Positions 1 through 8,387 of a stretch of 52,926 bases of DNA are shown here, piece after piece (within the stretch, counting starts at the first letter, position 1; the number at the start of each line of letters is the position of its first letter). Below the pieces are notes generated by a model, which ran no database searches, was not told the DNA's origin, and was given only the letters and a program-made list of their open reading frames with translations. Position numbers and translations under genes: made by a program. This DNA comes from Candidatus Omnitrophota bacterium (GTDB lineage Bacteria; Omnitrophota; Gorgyraeia; Aquiviventales; Aquiviventaceae). The DNA is taken from the NCBI GenBank assembly GCA_016193195.1, contig JACPSQ010000035.1:2435-55360 (forward strand). Direction: 5' to 3'.

Positions 1-1
1 C

Positions 2-244
2 GTGGGGCTGGCGAACCTCATCCGCCGCACCCCGCTGCGGCTGCACCCGGACGAAGTGTCCAGGATCCCATCGTTCCCATGGATCCGGGGGCTCTTGGCG
101 AAGAATCGCTTCCGGGTGCTCGAGACCCGGTTCGGCTGGCGGGACCTGTTTACGTATGTCGTGGTGGTGGGTCAGCCCGAGGAAGCTGGAGGAAAGCCGT
201 CGGCGCGCCGGCCGCTCGCCGCCCCTGAGGAGGTCGCTGCCTAA
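2..244 (+). CDS. 3' end of an upstream gene, product not recognisable (partial at window edge)
   Basis: The frame is open from the window edge to TAA 242-244. Third codon positions are almost all G/C, like the recognisable genes downstream. The 80 aa seen carry no motif I can name. Confidence 0.4.
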   Translation: MGLANLIRRTPLRLHPDEVSRIPSFPWIRGLLAKNRFRVLETRFGWRDLFTYVVVVGQPEEAGGKPSARRPLAAPEEVAA

Positions 245-245
245 G

Positions 246-1559
246 ATGACCCGGCGTCCTCTGTGGATGACCCTGCTGCTCGTCCTCCTCGTGGCGTACA
301 GCCTCGCGCACGTCGGCTATTCGATCGCGCAGTACAATCCGATCTCCTATCCGTATGTGAGCGGGGATTTCGGGAGGGCGTTCGGTGAAATGCTCCACTG
401 GCGGGCAGGGGACGCCCTCGCGCCGCGCGAGATCTTGCACCCGCCCCTCTACTATGTCCTCTTGCGCCCGCTCGCCCCGCTGCCGTTCACCACCGTGGCG
501 AAGCTCCTCTATTTCTCCCAGTTCATCTTGTACGCCCTGGCGATCCGGTGGATGGTCCTGGCGGCCTCGGGCGCGTCCCGGCCCCGTGCCGTCGACTACC
601 TCCTGGCGGCCGTCCTGACGGTGAACTTCCAGCCGTTCTTGGAAACGGTCGCCCTGCACAAGGTGGAAGGTATCGAGTTTGTGCTCATCTGCCTGGCCAT
701 CTTCTCGTTCAGGAAGCGGCGGGACGCCCTCACCGGGGCGCTTGTGGTCTTGGCGGCGAACCTGAAGTACCTGCCAGGGATCTTGGGCCTCTACTTCCTG
801 GTGAAGCGCGAGCGACGGGTCATGGTGGGCATGCTCGTGGCCTCTGTCGTCGTGCTGGCGGTGAGCGTCGTGGCGATGGCCGGTCCTATGGGTGGGTGGG
901 TCGCGGTGCTGCGCTACCCGCTGGCCCTCCTTGCCGACCACCAACATGAGGGCAACCGTCCGGAGGCGAGCATCGAGTTCCAGACGTTGAGCGGCACGGT
1001 CAATCGATGGCTGGTTGGCCCGGAAGGCATGGTGAGGCATTTCGAGACCCAGGCCTACGCGGCCGTGAGCCAGCCGGGGCTGGCCCTGGCGATCGCTGCG
1101 GTCCTGAAGCTGGGGCTCGTGGGCCTCTACCTGTACGCGATGAGGAGGCGGTGGACGGCGCGCGCGCGGGAGACGCACTGGCCGGTGGTCCTGTGCGAGA
1201 TCTCGCTGACGCTCACCCTGATCTTCATCATTGCCCAGGCCTCGCGCGTCCATTACGCCGTCCTGCTGTTACCCGCGTTCGTGAGCGCGGCGCTCCTGCT
1301 CATGCGCTACCCTGACGTCCTCGGATGGTCTGAGCGGATCCTCTTCGCCGCGGCGTACGGGTTGACCGCCATGCTGATCCCCGGAGGTCTGCTGAACCGG
1401 CTCCCCCCGCACCACCTGTGGGGAGCGCATCCCTCCTTCGCGTATCTGTGGTTCTCGCTGCCGTTCTCCGGCTACCTCCTGCTGGGCGTGTGCCTGCTCC
1501 GGTGCCGCTCGCGGCTGCTGCGCGCAGGCGTCGTCGCGGGGGAGCAGGCGGGTGGGTAG
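246..1559 (+). CDS. Polytopic membrane protein, GT-C-like (DUF2029/GT87-type glycosyltransferase candidate)
   Basis: ORF track gives 156..1559. I prefer ATG 246 (MTRRPLWMTLLLVLLVAY...), which lies 1 nt after the upstream stop and is where the hydrophobic N-terminus begins. There are about 10 hydrophobic segments. 'LAANLKYLPGILGLYFLVKRERR' resembles the conserved loop of DUF2029-type proteins. Confidence 0.6.
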   Translation: MTRRPLWMTLLLVLLVAYSLAHVGYSIAQYNPISYPYVSGDFGRAFGEMLHWRAGDALAPREILHPPLYYVLLRPLAPLPFTTVAKLLYFSQFILYALAIRWMVLAASGASRPRAVDYLLAAVLTVNFQPFLETVALHKVEGIEFVLICLAIFSFRKRRDALTGALVVLAANLKYLPGILGLYFLVKRERRVMVGMLVASVVVLAVSVVAMAGPMGGWVAVLRYPLALLADHQHEGNRPEASIEFQTLSGTVNRWLVGPEGMVRHFETQAYAAVSQPGLALAIAAVLKLGLVGLYLYAMRRRWTARARETHWPVVLCEISLTLTLIFIIAQASRVHYAVLLLPAFVSAALLLMRYPDVLGWSERILFAAAYGLTAMLIPGGLLNRLPPHHLWGAHPSFAYLWFSLPFSGYLLLGVCLLRCRSRLLRAGVVAGEQAGG

Positions 1560-1568
1560 GGGAGCGCG

Positions 1569-2660
1569 ATGCGGATTCTGGCGTTGGCGACGCATGGGGA
1601 GGCCGGGCCCAGCACGCGGTTTCGCGTGTTGCAGTGGGCTCCTTATCTTCGCCAGATGGGATGCTTCCTCTCGCTCAAGGCGTTTTTCTCCGCCGAGATG
1701 ACGGTCGCCTTCTATCAGCCTGGGCGGGTCATGGCGAAAGCCGCCGAGATTGCAGCCGGCACGGCCCGACGCTGGGCGACGCTCGCCAGCCTCTCCAAGC
1801 AGGCGGACGCGCTGCTCATTCATCGCGAGCTCTTCCCGCTCGGCCGCAGGCCCTTCTGGGGGGCGCTGGAGCGGTTCCCCGGGCCGGTGATCTACGATTA
1901 CGACGACGCGATGTTCCTGCCGCAGCGCGCCGGCCGCGGGATCCTGGGTCGGCTGGAGAATGTCGAGACGCCCAAAGCGGTGATGAGGCGCAGCGATGTG
2001 GTGCTGGCGGGCAATCAGTTTTTGGCCGACTACGCAAGGCCCTATGCCCGGCGTGTCGTCGTGCTGCCGACCTGCATCGACACCGGCCGCTTCGTCCCTC
2101 GGCCTGCCTCCGTCGACGGCGGCGGGACGCCGGTGGTGGGCTGGATCGGCAGCTACACGGCTGCCAAGTACCTCCACAGCCTCGCTGGGGCGCTCAGGGA
2201 GGCGGCGCGCACGGCGCCGTTCCGCTTGTACGCGATCGGCTCCGACGCGCTGCCGGTGATCGAGGGGGTGCAGATTGAGCAGGTGGAGTGGGAGCTGGAG
2301 CGCGAGGTGGAAGATTTTCAGCGATGCGACATCGGGCTCTACCCCCTCTGGGACGACGCGTGGGCGAGGGGCAAATGCGCCTTCAAGGCGATCCAGTTCA
2401 TGGCCTGCGGCGTGCCCGTGCTGGCCTCGGCGATCGGGATGAACCTCGAGCTGATTCAGGACGGCGTCAACGGGTATCTCGCGTCGACGCGGGAGGAGTG
2501 GGTGGACAAATTGACCAGATTGTTTGAGGATCCGCAGTTGCGTCTGCGCCTGGGGCGCGCAGGGCGTCAGACGGTCGAAGCCCGCTACGCGGCGCACGTG
2601 CACGCGCCGACCCTCCTGGGGGTTCTGCGTGAAACGCTGAACGGGCGATCGGATGCCTGA
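1569..2660 (+). CDS. Glycosyltransferase, GT4 (group 1) family
   Basis: The C-terminal half is typical GT-B/GT4: 'VVGWIGSYTAAKYL', 'KCAFKAIQFMACGVPVLASAIGMNLELIQDGVNGYLA', 'EWVDKLTRLFEDPQLRLRLGRAGRQTVEARY'. Confidence 0.85.
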   Translation: MRILALATHGEAGPSTRFRVLQWAPYLRQMGCFLSLKAFFSAEMTVAFYQPGRVMAKAAEIAAGTARRWATLASLSKQADALLIHRELFPLGRRPFWGALERFPGPVIYDYDDAMFLPQRAGRGILGRLENVETPKAVMRRSDVVLAGNQFLADYARPYARRVVVLPTCIDTGRFVPRPASVDGGGTPVVGWIGSYTAAKYLHSLAGALREAARTAPFRLYAIGSDALPVIEGVQIEQVEWELEREVEDFQRCDIGLYPLWDDAWARGKCAFKAIQFMACGVPVLASAIGMNLELIQDGVNGYLASTREEWVDKLTRLFEDPQLRLRLGRAGRQTVEARYAAHVHAPTLLGVLRETLNGRSDA

Positions 2661-4368
2661 GATGGCGCTGCCGGTGTGGCTGGTCGTCCTGGCACTCTGT
2701 GCGTTGGGAGCCTGGCTCTTGTGGTGGTTGGTCGGTTGCGCCACCGATGACGGCTCTCCCATGCAGGCGGGGTCGGATCGACGGTTTCTGCGCCGCGTGC
2801 TGTTGTGGTCGTATGGCCTGCGGGCGGTGTTGGGGATCGCCTTGTACCTCATCTCGTATTGGGGCTTGCCGATTTTGCCCTCATTGCAATTCCCATCGGA
2901 ACCTGGGTTTTGGGTCTTTGGACTCGATTCGCATTTGTACCACCACTACGGCTACCTCATCGCCGAGGCGTGGAAGCATGGCACCGAGCTCCCCGTGCTG
3001 GAGCTGAGCCCTGAGTATTTTGCGGTTGTCGCGGTGATCTACCGTTTGCTGGGAGCCCATCTGCTCTATCCGATCCTGCTGAGCTGTTGGCTGGGCGCGA
3101 TCACGGGGCTGCTGGCCTTCCGGATCGGCCGGCGGCTCTTCAGCGTTCGCGCCGCGCGGCTGGGCGCTTTGCTGGTGAGCTGCTGGCCGTCTTCGATGCT
3201 CTGGTCCGCTCAGTTGTTGAAGGATTCGTTGAGCTCGTTTCTCGTGTTCAGTGCCCTCGCGCTCACGCTGCGGCTCGCCTTCGAAGAACGGCCGATCCGT
3301 CGCAGGGGATGGCACGCGATGCTCTTGTGGACAGGGCTGGTCGTCACCATCATGCTCGTCACCCGTCTGCGCTTCTATCTCGGCTCGGCGCTCTCGCTGA
3401 CAGCCGTACTCATCTTGGTGCCCAGTGGATGCGCATTGCTGATGCGGCGCAGCAGAGGCCCGGCCATTGCCGCGTTTGGCGTCGCGCTGATCGTCGTGGC
3501 CTCCACCGTGGTGGCCCGGACGCTCGATCCTCTCGCGTGGGTGTCCCCGCCTCATCCGGAGATCGGCCATCGACGACTGGCGAGATCCTACTGGCAACAA
3601 GGGAACTTCAAGGAGGCCAGCCGTGAGTTCAGCCGCGCGATCGTGCTGAACAAGGTGGACAAACCCAGCTATCTGGGTCTCGCCGGCCTGTACGCCCAAC
3701 AAGGTCGCTTTGACGAGGCGCTCGGGGTCTACGCCAGCTACGTGCAGGTCGCCGAGCCCGATGAGCAGAGCCTCATCCGGCGCACGATTGGCGGACTGTG
3801 CGTCGAGCGTGCGGACGAGGCCCTTGGGCACGGTCGCGCCGCAGAGGCGGTTGCCAACTATGAGCGGGCGCTGGCGTTCGATCCTGCGGCGCTGTCTCCG
3901 TTCACGTACCTCGGGCTGACGTTGCTTGAGCGCGGCGAGCTGGAACTGGCTGCGGAATTCCTGGAGAAGGCGCGATCGTTGAACTCGACCGCTGCTGACC
4001 AGCGTCGGGTTGGGCTCATCCAGGAGCGCCTGGCGGCAAAGCAGCACCTGCTCGATGAGGTGGCACGGTTAACGGCGTTGCGGGCTCGCTTCAAAGAAGA
4101 AGAGGTGCGGCTGATCGAAGCCCAGAAAAGCTTTCAAGCGGGGCGGCCTGATGTGGGGCAGCCGCCTGCCACCGCGGCCGCGCCGCCTGCCACCGCGGCC
4201 GCGCCGCCTGCCACCGCGGAGGCGCAGCTTAGGGCAGAGGAAGCGCAGTTGGCTGAGATGCTGCTCACGGTGAGGGGAACCATCCAGGAAGGTTGGCGGT
4301 GTGCCGCTCGGGGCGCTCATGAAGGGGCTGAGCGACGTGACCACGGCCGCGAGGCAAACGGTGTCTGA
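2653..4368 (+). CDS. Membrane protein: ~8-TM GT-C-like region + TPR repeats + coiled-coil + Ala/Pro repeat tail (possibly the 5' part of a split gene)
   Basis: ATG 2653 overlaps the GT4 stop by 8 nt. Hydrophobic segments run to about aa 290. TPR-like units are 'YWQQGNFKEASREFSRAIVLN', 'LAGLYAQQGRFDEALGVY', 'AEAVANYERALAFDP' and 'LLERGELELAAEFLEKARSLN'. A heptad-like stretch is 'LLDEVARLTALRARFKEEEVRLIEAQKSF', followed by PPATAAA x3. Confidence 0.7.
   Translation: MPEMALPVWLVVLALCALGAWLLWWLVGCATDDGSPMQAGSDRRFLRRVLLWSYGLRAVLGIALYLISYWGLPILPSLQFPSEPGFWVFGLDSHLYHHYGYLIAEAWKHGTELPVLELSPEYFAVVAVIYRLLGAHLLYPILLSCWLGAITGLLAFRIGRRLFSVRAARLGALLVSCWPSSMLWSAQLLKDSLSSFLVFSALALTLRLAFEERPIRRRGWHAMLLWTGLVVTIMLVTRLRFYLGSALSLTAVLILVPSGCALLMRRSRGPAIAAFGVALIVVASTVVARTLDPLAWVSPPHPEIGHRRLARSYWQQGNFKEASREFSRAIVLNKVDKPSYLGLAGLYAQQGRFDEALGVYASYVQVAEPDEQSLIRRTIGGLCVERADEALGHGRAAEAVANYERALAFDPAALSPFTYLGLTLLERGELELAAEFLEKARSLNSTAADQRRVGLIQERLAAKQHLLDEVARLTALRARFKEEEVRLIEAQKSFQAGRPDVGQPPATAAAPPATAAAPPATAEAQLRAEEAQLAEMLLTVRGTIQEGWRCAARGAHEGAERRDHGREANGV
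4162..4224 (+). repeat. In-frame 21-bp tandem repeat x3 (ccgcctgccaccgcggccgcg), encoding PPATAAA-PPATAAA-PPATAEA
   Basis: Read directly. Units 4162-4182 and 4183-4203 are identical. Unit 4204-4224 differs at 2 positions (gag for gcc). Confidence 0.9.
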
Positions 4369-4921
4369 GGCGCGGCCTCAGGAGCTGGCAGGTTGGCGTC
4401 ACGGGTTCGTGGAGCAACAAGGGCAGCATGCGCTGGTGGATGTCTGGGCACAGATCTCGACCCCTCGCGGGCTCCTGAGCTACCTGCCGAGGGCTCTCCT
4501 CATCGGCGTGTTCGCGCCATTTCCCTGGCAGTGGTTTTACACGGAAGGAAGCACCGGCGTCATGCGGGTGTTGTCCGGCGTGGAGATGCTCTTCTGGTAC
4601 TTCCTGGTTCCTGGGCTCCTGATTGGGAGTCGGAAGGTCATCACGTCCCGTCGGGCCGATCAGCTCTTCCTGCTGGCCTTCGGCGTGCTGGTTTTGGTGC
4701 CGATCGCGCTGGTGATTCCTAACCTCGGGACGCTCTACCGGCTCCGGCTGAGCGCGCTCCTGCCTCTGCTGATCATTGTAGCCGCAGGCGATCCACGCAG
4801 GTTCTACGAAGACCTCAGGCACTGGATGAAGGCTCATCGAGCAAGACGCGTGGCGCTGGCGTTTGAGCGGGATGTCACGGAGCCAGCGTCTGTAGAAATT
4901 TCGCTTCGCAAAATTTCCTAA
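4301..4921 (+). CDS. 4-TM membrane protein, probably the 3' part of the preceding gene in a different frame
   Basis: This frame opens at 4274, right after a TGA at 4271-4273. It overlaps the end of 2653..4368 by 68 nt. Possible starts are GTG 4301 or ATG 4319. Four hydrophobic segments are present ('LLIGVFAPFPWQWF', 'MLFWYFLVPGLLIG', 'LFLLAFGVLVLVPIALVIPNLG', 'LSALLPLLIIVAAG'). Confidence 0.55.
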   Translation: MPLGALMKGLSDVTTAARQTVSEARPQELAGWRHGFVEQQGQHALVDVWAQISTPRGLLSYLPRALLIGVFAPFPWQWFYTEGSTGVMRVLSGVEMLFWYFLVPGLLIGSRKVITSRRADQLFLLAFGVLVLVPIALVIPNLGTLYRLRLSALLPLLIIVAAGDPRRFYEDLRHWMKAHRARRVALAFERDVTEPASVEISLRKIS

Positions 4922-4926
4922 GCAGG

Positions 4927-6879
4927 ATGTGCGGGATCTTTGGGGTGATCCGCTTCGACGGACAGACGGTGGAGGGGAAGCTTCTCACCCAGATGGGCGA
5001 AACGTTGCGGCACAGGGGGCCGGAGGGGTTTGGTGTCCGGGCCTTCGCCTCAGCGCCTGTCCATGCGGGCCTTGGCCATACGCGCTTGCGGATCATTGAT
5101 CTGTCGGAGGCGGCCTCCCAGCCGATGGCCAACGACGACGGGACCGTCTGGGTGACGTTTAACGGGGAGATCTACAACTATCAGGCGTTGCGCGCCGAGC
5201 TGGAGACCCGCGGCGCGCGGTTTCGGACTCGCTCTGATACCGAGGTCGTGTTGCGCTCGTACGAAGCTTGGGGGCAGGCGTGCGTGAGGCGCCTGGATGG
5301 GATGTTCGCCGTTGCAGTGTGGGACGGGCGGGCCCGCCGACTGGTGCTCGCCAGGGACCGGGTGGGAAAGAAACCCCTCTTCTACCACCTGTCGCCGCGG
5401 AGGCTCGCCTTCGCTTCGGAGATCAAGGCGCTCCTCCGACATCCAGGGATTCCGGCCGAGGTGGATGAGGATGTGCTGCCGAGCTTCTTCCTCTTTGGGT
5501 ATGTGCCCACCCCGGCAACGCTCTACCGGGGGATTCGCAAGCTCCCACCGGGGCACCTCTTGGAAGTGGACGCCGGGGGCCAAGCCCGTCTTGAGGCCTA
5601 CTGGGATCTCAGGCAGCCGTTCGAACGCCTCGGCCGCGTCCCGTCGTGGGCTGAGGCAAGATCGACGGTCCGCGCCTTGGTGACTGAGGCGGTCCACAAG
5701 CGGCTCATCGCGGATGTGCCGCTGGGGGCGTTTTTGAGCGGCGGGATTGACTCCTCCATCGTCGTGGGGATCATGAGCCGTCTGATGCGCGAGCCGGTGC
5801 GGACCTTCAGCATCGGCTTTGCCAAGGACCCGCAGTTCGACGAAACGGCCTATGCCCGTCTGGTGGCGAGGCGATTCAAGACCCGTCATACGGAGTTTGT
5901 CGTGGAGCCCTCCTCAGTGGCGCTCGTGGAAGAGCTGGTCTGGCACCACGACGGCCCGTTCAGCGACTCCTCGGCGATCCCGACATATCTGCTCTCAAAG
6001 CTGACCCGGCAGCATGTCACCGTGGCCCTCAATGGGGATGGCGGCGATGAGCTCTTCGCGGGCTACCTGCGGTTTTACGCCGCCATCCTGTCTGAGCGCA
6101 TCCCCCTGCGCTTCCGCCGCGCAGCCGCAGGACTGCCGTCCGGCCTTCCGGCGTGGGGGAACCACCGCGGCCTGTTTCGCCGCCTGCAGAAATTCACCGC
6201 GAGCGCCTCGCTCCCATTTGCCGAGCGCTTCAGCCGGTGGATCGCCGTGTTCTACGACGACCTCGATCGCCTCTTGCCATCCGATGGCGATGGCCTGAGC
6301 GGTTCGGCCCCGCCGCCACTGGCCGCCTTGGAGCCCTATCTGGCGCGCGCGCAGCGGGCGAGTCCCCTGACGCAATTGCTGTACCTGAACTTGAAGACGT
6401 ATCTGCTGGATGACCTCCTGGTCAAGATGGATCGCTGCTCGATGGCACATGCGCTGGAAGCCCGCTCTCCTTTCCTGGATCACCACTTGATCGAGTACGT
6501 CTTCGGACTCCCCGATCAGATGAAGCTTCGGTGGGGACGGACCAAGGTCGTCCTGCGCCAGGCGTTTGCTGATCTGGTGCCGCCGCAGATCCTTCGACGC
6601 GGCAAAATGGGTTTTGGGGTTCCATTGCGGCTGTGGTTTCGAGAGGACCTGCGGGAGTACCTTCACGACGCGCTGCTAGCGCCGAGCGCTCGGCTGCGTC
6701 GCTACGTGGATCAGGCGTACGTCCGCGAGCTGGTTCAGCATCATCTCTCCGGGCGCGCCGATTACTCCGATCGGCTCTGGACGCTGCTGACCTTCGAGAT
6801 GTGGCTGCGCAATCTGGCGCTTCACCCGCCGGGCCAGGCGGCGCCGCCCCCAGCGGTGGAAGCGGCGCTGAGGAGCTGA
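4927..6879 (+). CDS. asnB: Asparagine synthase (glutamine-hydrolysing) family amidotransferase
   Basis: 'MCGIFGV' supplies the N-terminal Cys2 nucleophile. 'HRGPEG...GLGHTRLRIIDLS' is Ntn-type glutaminase sequence. The PP-loop is 'GAFLSGGIDSSIVVGIM'. The AsnB C-terminal region is present ('LYLNLKTYLLDDLLVKMDRCSMAHALEARSPFLD'). Confidence 0.9.
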   Translation: MCGIFGVIRFDGQTVEGKLLTQMGETLRHRGPEGFGVRAFASAPVHAGLGHTRLRIIDLSEAASQPMANDDGTVWVTFNGEIYNYQALRAELETRGARFRTRSDTEVVLRSYEAWGQACVRRLDGMFAVAVWDGRARRLVLARDRVGKKPLFYHLSPRRLAFASEIKALLRHPGIPAEVDEDVLPSFFLFGYVPTPATLYRGIRKLPPGHLLEVDAGGQARLEAYWDLRQPFERLGRVPSWAEARSTVRALVTEAVHKRLIADVPLGAFLSGGIDSSIVVGIMSRLMREPVRTFSIGFAKDPQFDETAYARLVARRFKTRHTEFVVEPSSVALVEELVWHHDGPFSDSSAIPTYLLSKLTRQHVTVALNGDGGDELFAGYLRFYAAILSERIPLRFRRAAAGLPSGLPAWGNHRGLFRRLQKFTASASLPFAERFSRWIAVFYDDLDRLLPSDGDGLSGSAPPPLAALEPYLARAQRASPLTQLLYLNLKTYLLDDLLVKMDRCSMAHALEARSPFLDHHLIEYVFGLPDQMKLRWGRTKVVLRQAFADLVPPQILRRGKMGFGVPLRLWFREDLREYLHDALLAPSARLRRYVDQAYVRELVQHHLSGRADYSDRLWTLLTFEMWLRNLALHPPGQAAPPPAVEAALRS

Positions 6880-6918
6880 GCAGCCGATGGCGTCCCGTTC
6901 GCCGGCCAGAGATTTTGG

Positions 6919-6947
6919 TTGCAGGGAGCCTGCGCTTTCTTTATACT
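6919..6947 (+). promoter_or_regulatory. Candidate sigma70-type promoter: TTGCAG (6919-6924), 17-nt spacer, TATACT (6942-6947)
   Basis: Read directly in the only AT-richer intergenic stretch (6880-6984). The spacing is canonical. It lies 38 nt upstream of ATG 6985. Confidence 0.5.
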
Positions 6948-6954
6948 CTCTTGA

Positions 6955-6973
6955 GTGTTCAGAATCTGAACAC
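6955..6973. promoter_or_regulatory. Perfect palindrome GTGTTCAG-AAT-CTGAACAC (8-3-8), candidate operator
   Basis: Read directly. It sits between the putative -10 and the regulator start codon, at or just after the expected transcription start. Confidence 0.6.
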
Positions 6974-6984
6974 TGGTCCTCATC

Positions 6985-7656
6985 ATGAAGATTGACGCCT
7001 ATCGTGATTTTCGGCTGCTGACCGAAATCTCCTCCGACGTCTCCGTCACCCAGCGGCAGCTGGCCAAGAAGTTCGGCCTGGCGCTGGGGTTGACCAACTT
7101 CCTGATGCGCCGGCTGGTGAGAAAAGGCCACATCAAGGCCGTCAACCTGGAACGCAAGCGCCTTCGGTATTTGCTCACGCCCAAGGGCGTGGCGGCCAAG
7201 GCCCGCCTGACTTACGACTATCTTGAGTACTCGCTCCACCTCTACCACGCCATCCGGACCTTTCTGGCGCACACGCTCTCCGTGATCGTGGAGTCGGGTC
7301 GCACCCAGACGGTCCTGGTGGGGACGGGCGAAGTGGCCGAGATCGCGTTTCTCATCCTGCAGCAGCACGGGGTGCAGGTCACCGCGGTCGCGGAGGAATC
7401 GCTCGACGGCCGAAGCCTCTTCTTTAACCAACAGGTGAGGACCCTGGAGGAGCTGTCCACCGTGTCCTATGATTGGGTCGTGATTGCCTCCTTCAAGGAT
7501 ACGCGGCCGATCCTCAACCGCCTGTCTCAGTGGGGGGTGCCGAAGGAGCGGATCATCAGGATTCCGGACCGGGAACCGGTGGACGCGGCTCACCCACTGC
7601 CGGTTGCGGCCATGCGCGATTCGTTGGAACCCGTCGTGGGGGCTCACCTCCTATGA
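6985..7656 (+). CDS. wHTH transcriptional regulator (MarR family, EPS-associated type) with an extra C-terminal Rossmann-like domain
   Basis: The N-terminus 'FRLLTEISSDVSVTQRQLAKKFGLALGLTNFLMRRLVRKGHIKAVNLERKRLRYLLTPKGVAAKARLTYDYLEYSL' fits the EPS-locus MarR pattern. The C-terminus 'TVLVGTGEVAEIAFLILQQHGVQVTAVAEE...YDWVVIASF' looks like a small nucleotide-binding/NeuD-N-terminal-like fold. Confidence 0.8.
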   Translation: MKIDAYRDFRLLTEISSDVSVTQRQLAKKFGLALGLTNFLMRRLVRKGHIKAVNLERKRLRYLLTPKGVAAKARLTYDYLEYSLHLYHAIRTFLAHTLSVIVESGRTQTVLVGTGEVAEIAFLILQQHGVQVTAVAEESLDGRSLFFNQQVRTLEELSTVSYDWVVIASFKDTRPILNRLSQWGVPKERIIRIPDREPVDAAHPLPVAAMRDSLEPVVGAHLL

Positions 7657-8378
7657 GGCCCAGACGCCGCATCCTGTGGACGTCCCTCTTTGCCGCGCTC
7701 GCTCTCGCGGGGCTCTGGGGCGTGGCCTCGTCTCCGGCCACGACGCGGCAGGGCGTCAACTTCGAGGTGTCGGCGAAGCGCATGCCCCTGTATGTGAAGA
7801 CGATCGACTTCCTCCATCGACACTCCCACTATCAATTGCTCGCCAACGAGATCACCCGGGGTCTTCGGTCAGACCGAGAGCGGGTCCTGGCCGTCTTTGA
7901 GTGGACGCGGCGGCATATCCGCCACACCCCAAAAGGCTGGCCGGTCGTCGATGACCATGTCCTGGACATCATCATCCGGGGGCACGGCCTGGACGACCAG
8001 ATGGCCGATGTCTTCACCACGCTGACGACCTACGCCGGCGTGCCGGCCTTCTGGTGGCCGGGCTCGGTGGTCGTGTCCTTTGCGCGCGTCGACGGACGAT
8101 GGCGGATGTTCGACGTCGCCAATGGGTTGATCTTCACCGATGCCCAGGGACAACTGGCAGATGTCCACGAGCTGCTGGATGAGCCTTCGCTGATCGACGC
8201 GGCTGCCGGCGGGCTGACTGCCGGAGGGCAGGTGTATGCCGAGTATGTGAGGAAGCGGCTGGGTTCGTTTGAGGTCCCCGCGGTGCTTCGGGCGGAGCAA
8301 CAGATGCCGCTGCCCAGGCTGACGTGTGAGATCCGCAGCGCAGTCCAGCACCTATGGGCAGCGCAGGATCACCCGTAA
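7653..8378 (+). CDS. Secreted/anchored transglutaminase-like protein, apparently lacking the catalytic Cys and His
   Basis: I prefer ATG 7653 (ATGA overlap with the regulator stop), giving signal-like 'MRPRRRILWTSLFAALALAGLWGVASS'. It is a clear paralogue of 45135..46250, but carries 'GHGLDDQMADVF' where the paralogue has 'GIGWCDYMAKVY', and 'SFARV' where it has 'HTVAEV'. Confidence 0.65.
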   Translation: MRPRRRILWTSLFAALALAGLWGVASSPATTRQGVNFEVSAKRMPLYVKTIDFLHRHSHYQLLANEITRGLRSDRERVLAVFEWTRRHIRHTPKGWPVVDDHVLDIIIRGHGLDDQMADVFTTLTTYAGVPAFWWPGSVVVSFARVDGRWRMFDVANGLIFTDAQGQLADVHELLDEPSLIDAAAGGLTAGGQVYAEYVRKRLGSFEVPAVLRAEQQMPLPRLTCEIRSAVQHLWAAQDHP

Positions 8379-8387
8379 GGAGGACGC

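Noticed and set aside
150-2852. Long minus-strand ORFs, e.g. 150..1253 and 1269..2852. Similar ones occur at 10694..12379, 20989..22776, 24815..26260, 34018..35268, 45765..46988 and 49315..50913.
   Set aside because: They lie antisense to + strand genes that carry strong family motifs. Their translations are Arg/Pro/Gly/His-rich and motif-free. Long stop-free shadow frames are expected in GC-rich DNA.
3244-3251. Extra copies of the half-site GTGTTCAG (3244-3251 and 10084-10091), considered as additional regulator binding sites.
   Set aside because: These are single half-sites inside coding sequence without the inverted partner. An 8-mer is expected about once or twice by chance in a window of this size.
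6884-6916. Possible rho-independent terminator after asnB (ggcg-tcccgtt-cgcc followed by gatttt).
   Set aside because: The stem has only 4-5 bp with mismatches on extension, and the T-run is short and displaced. This is too weak to call.
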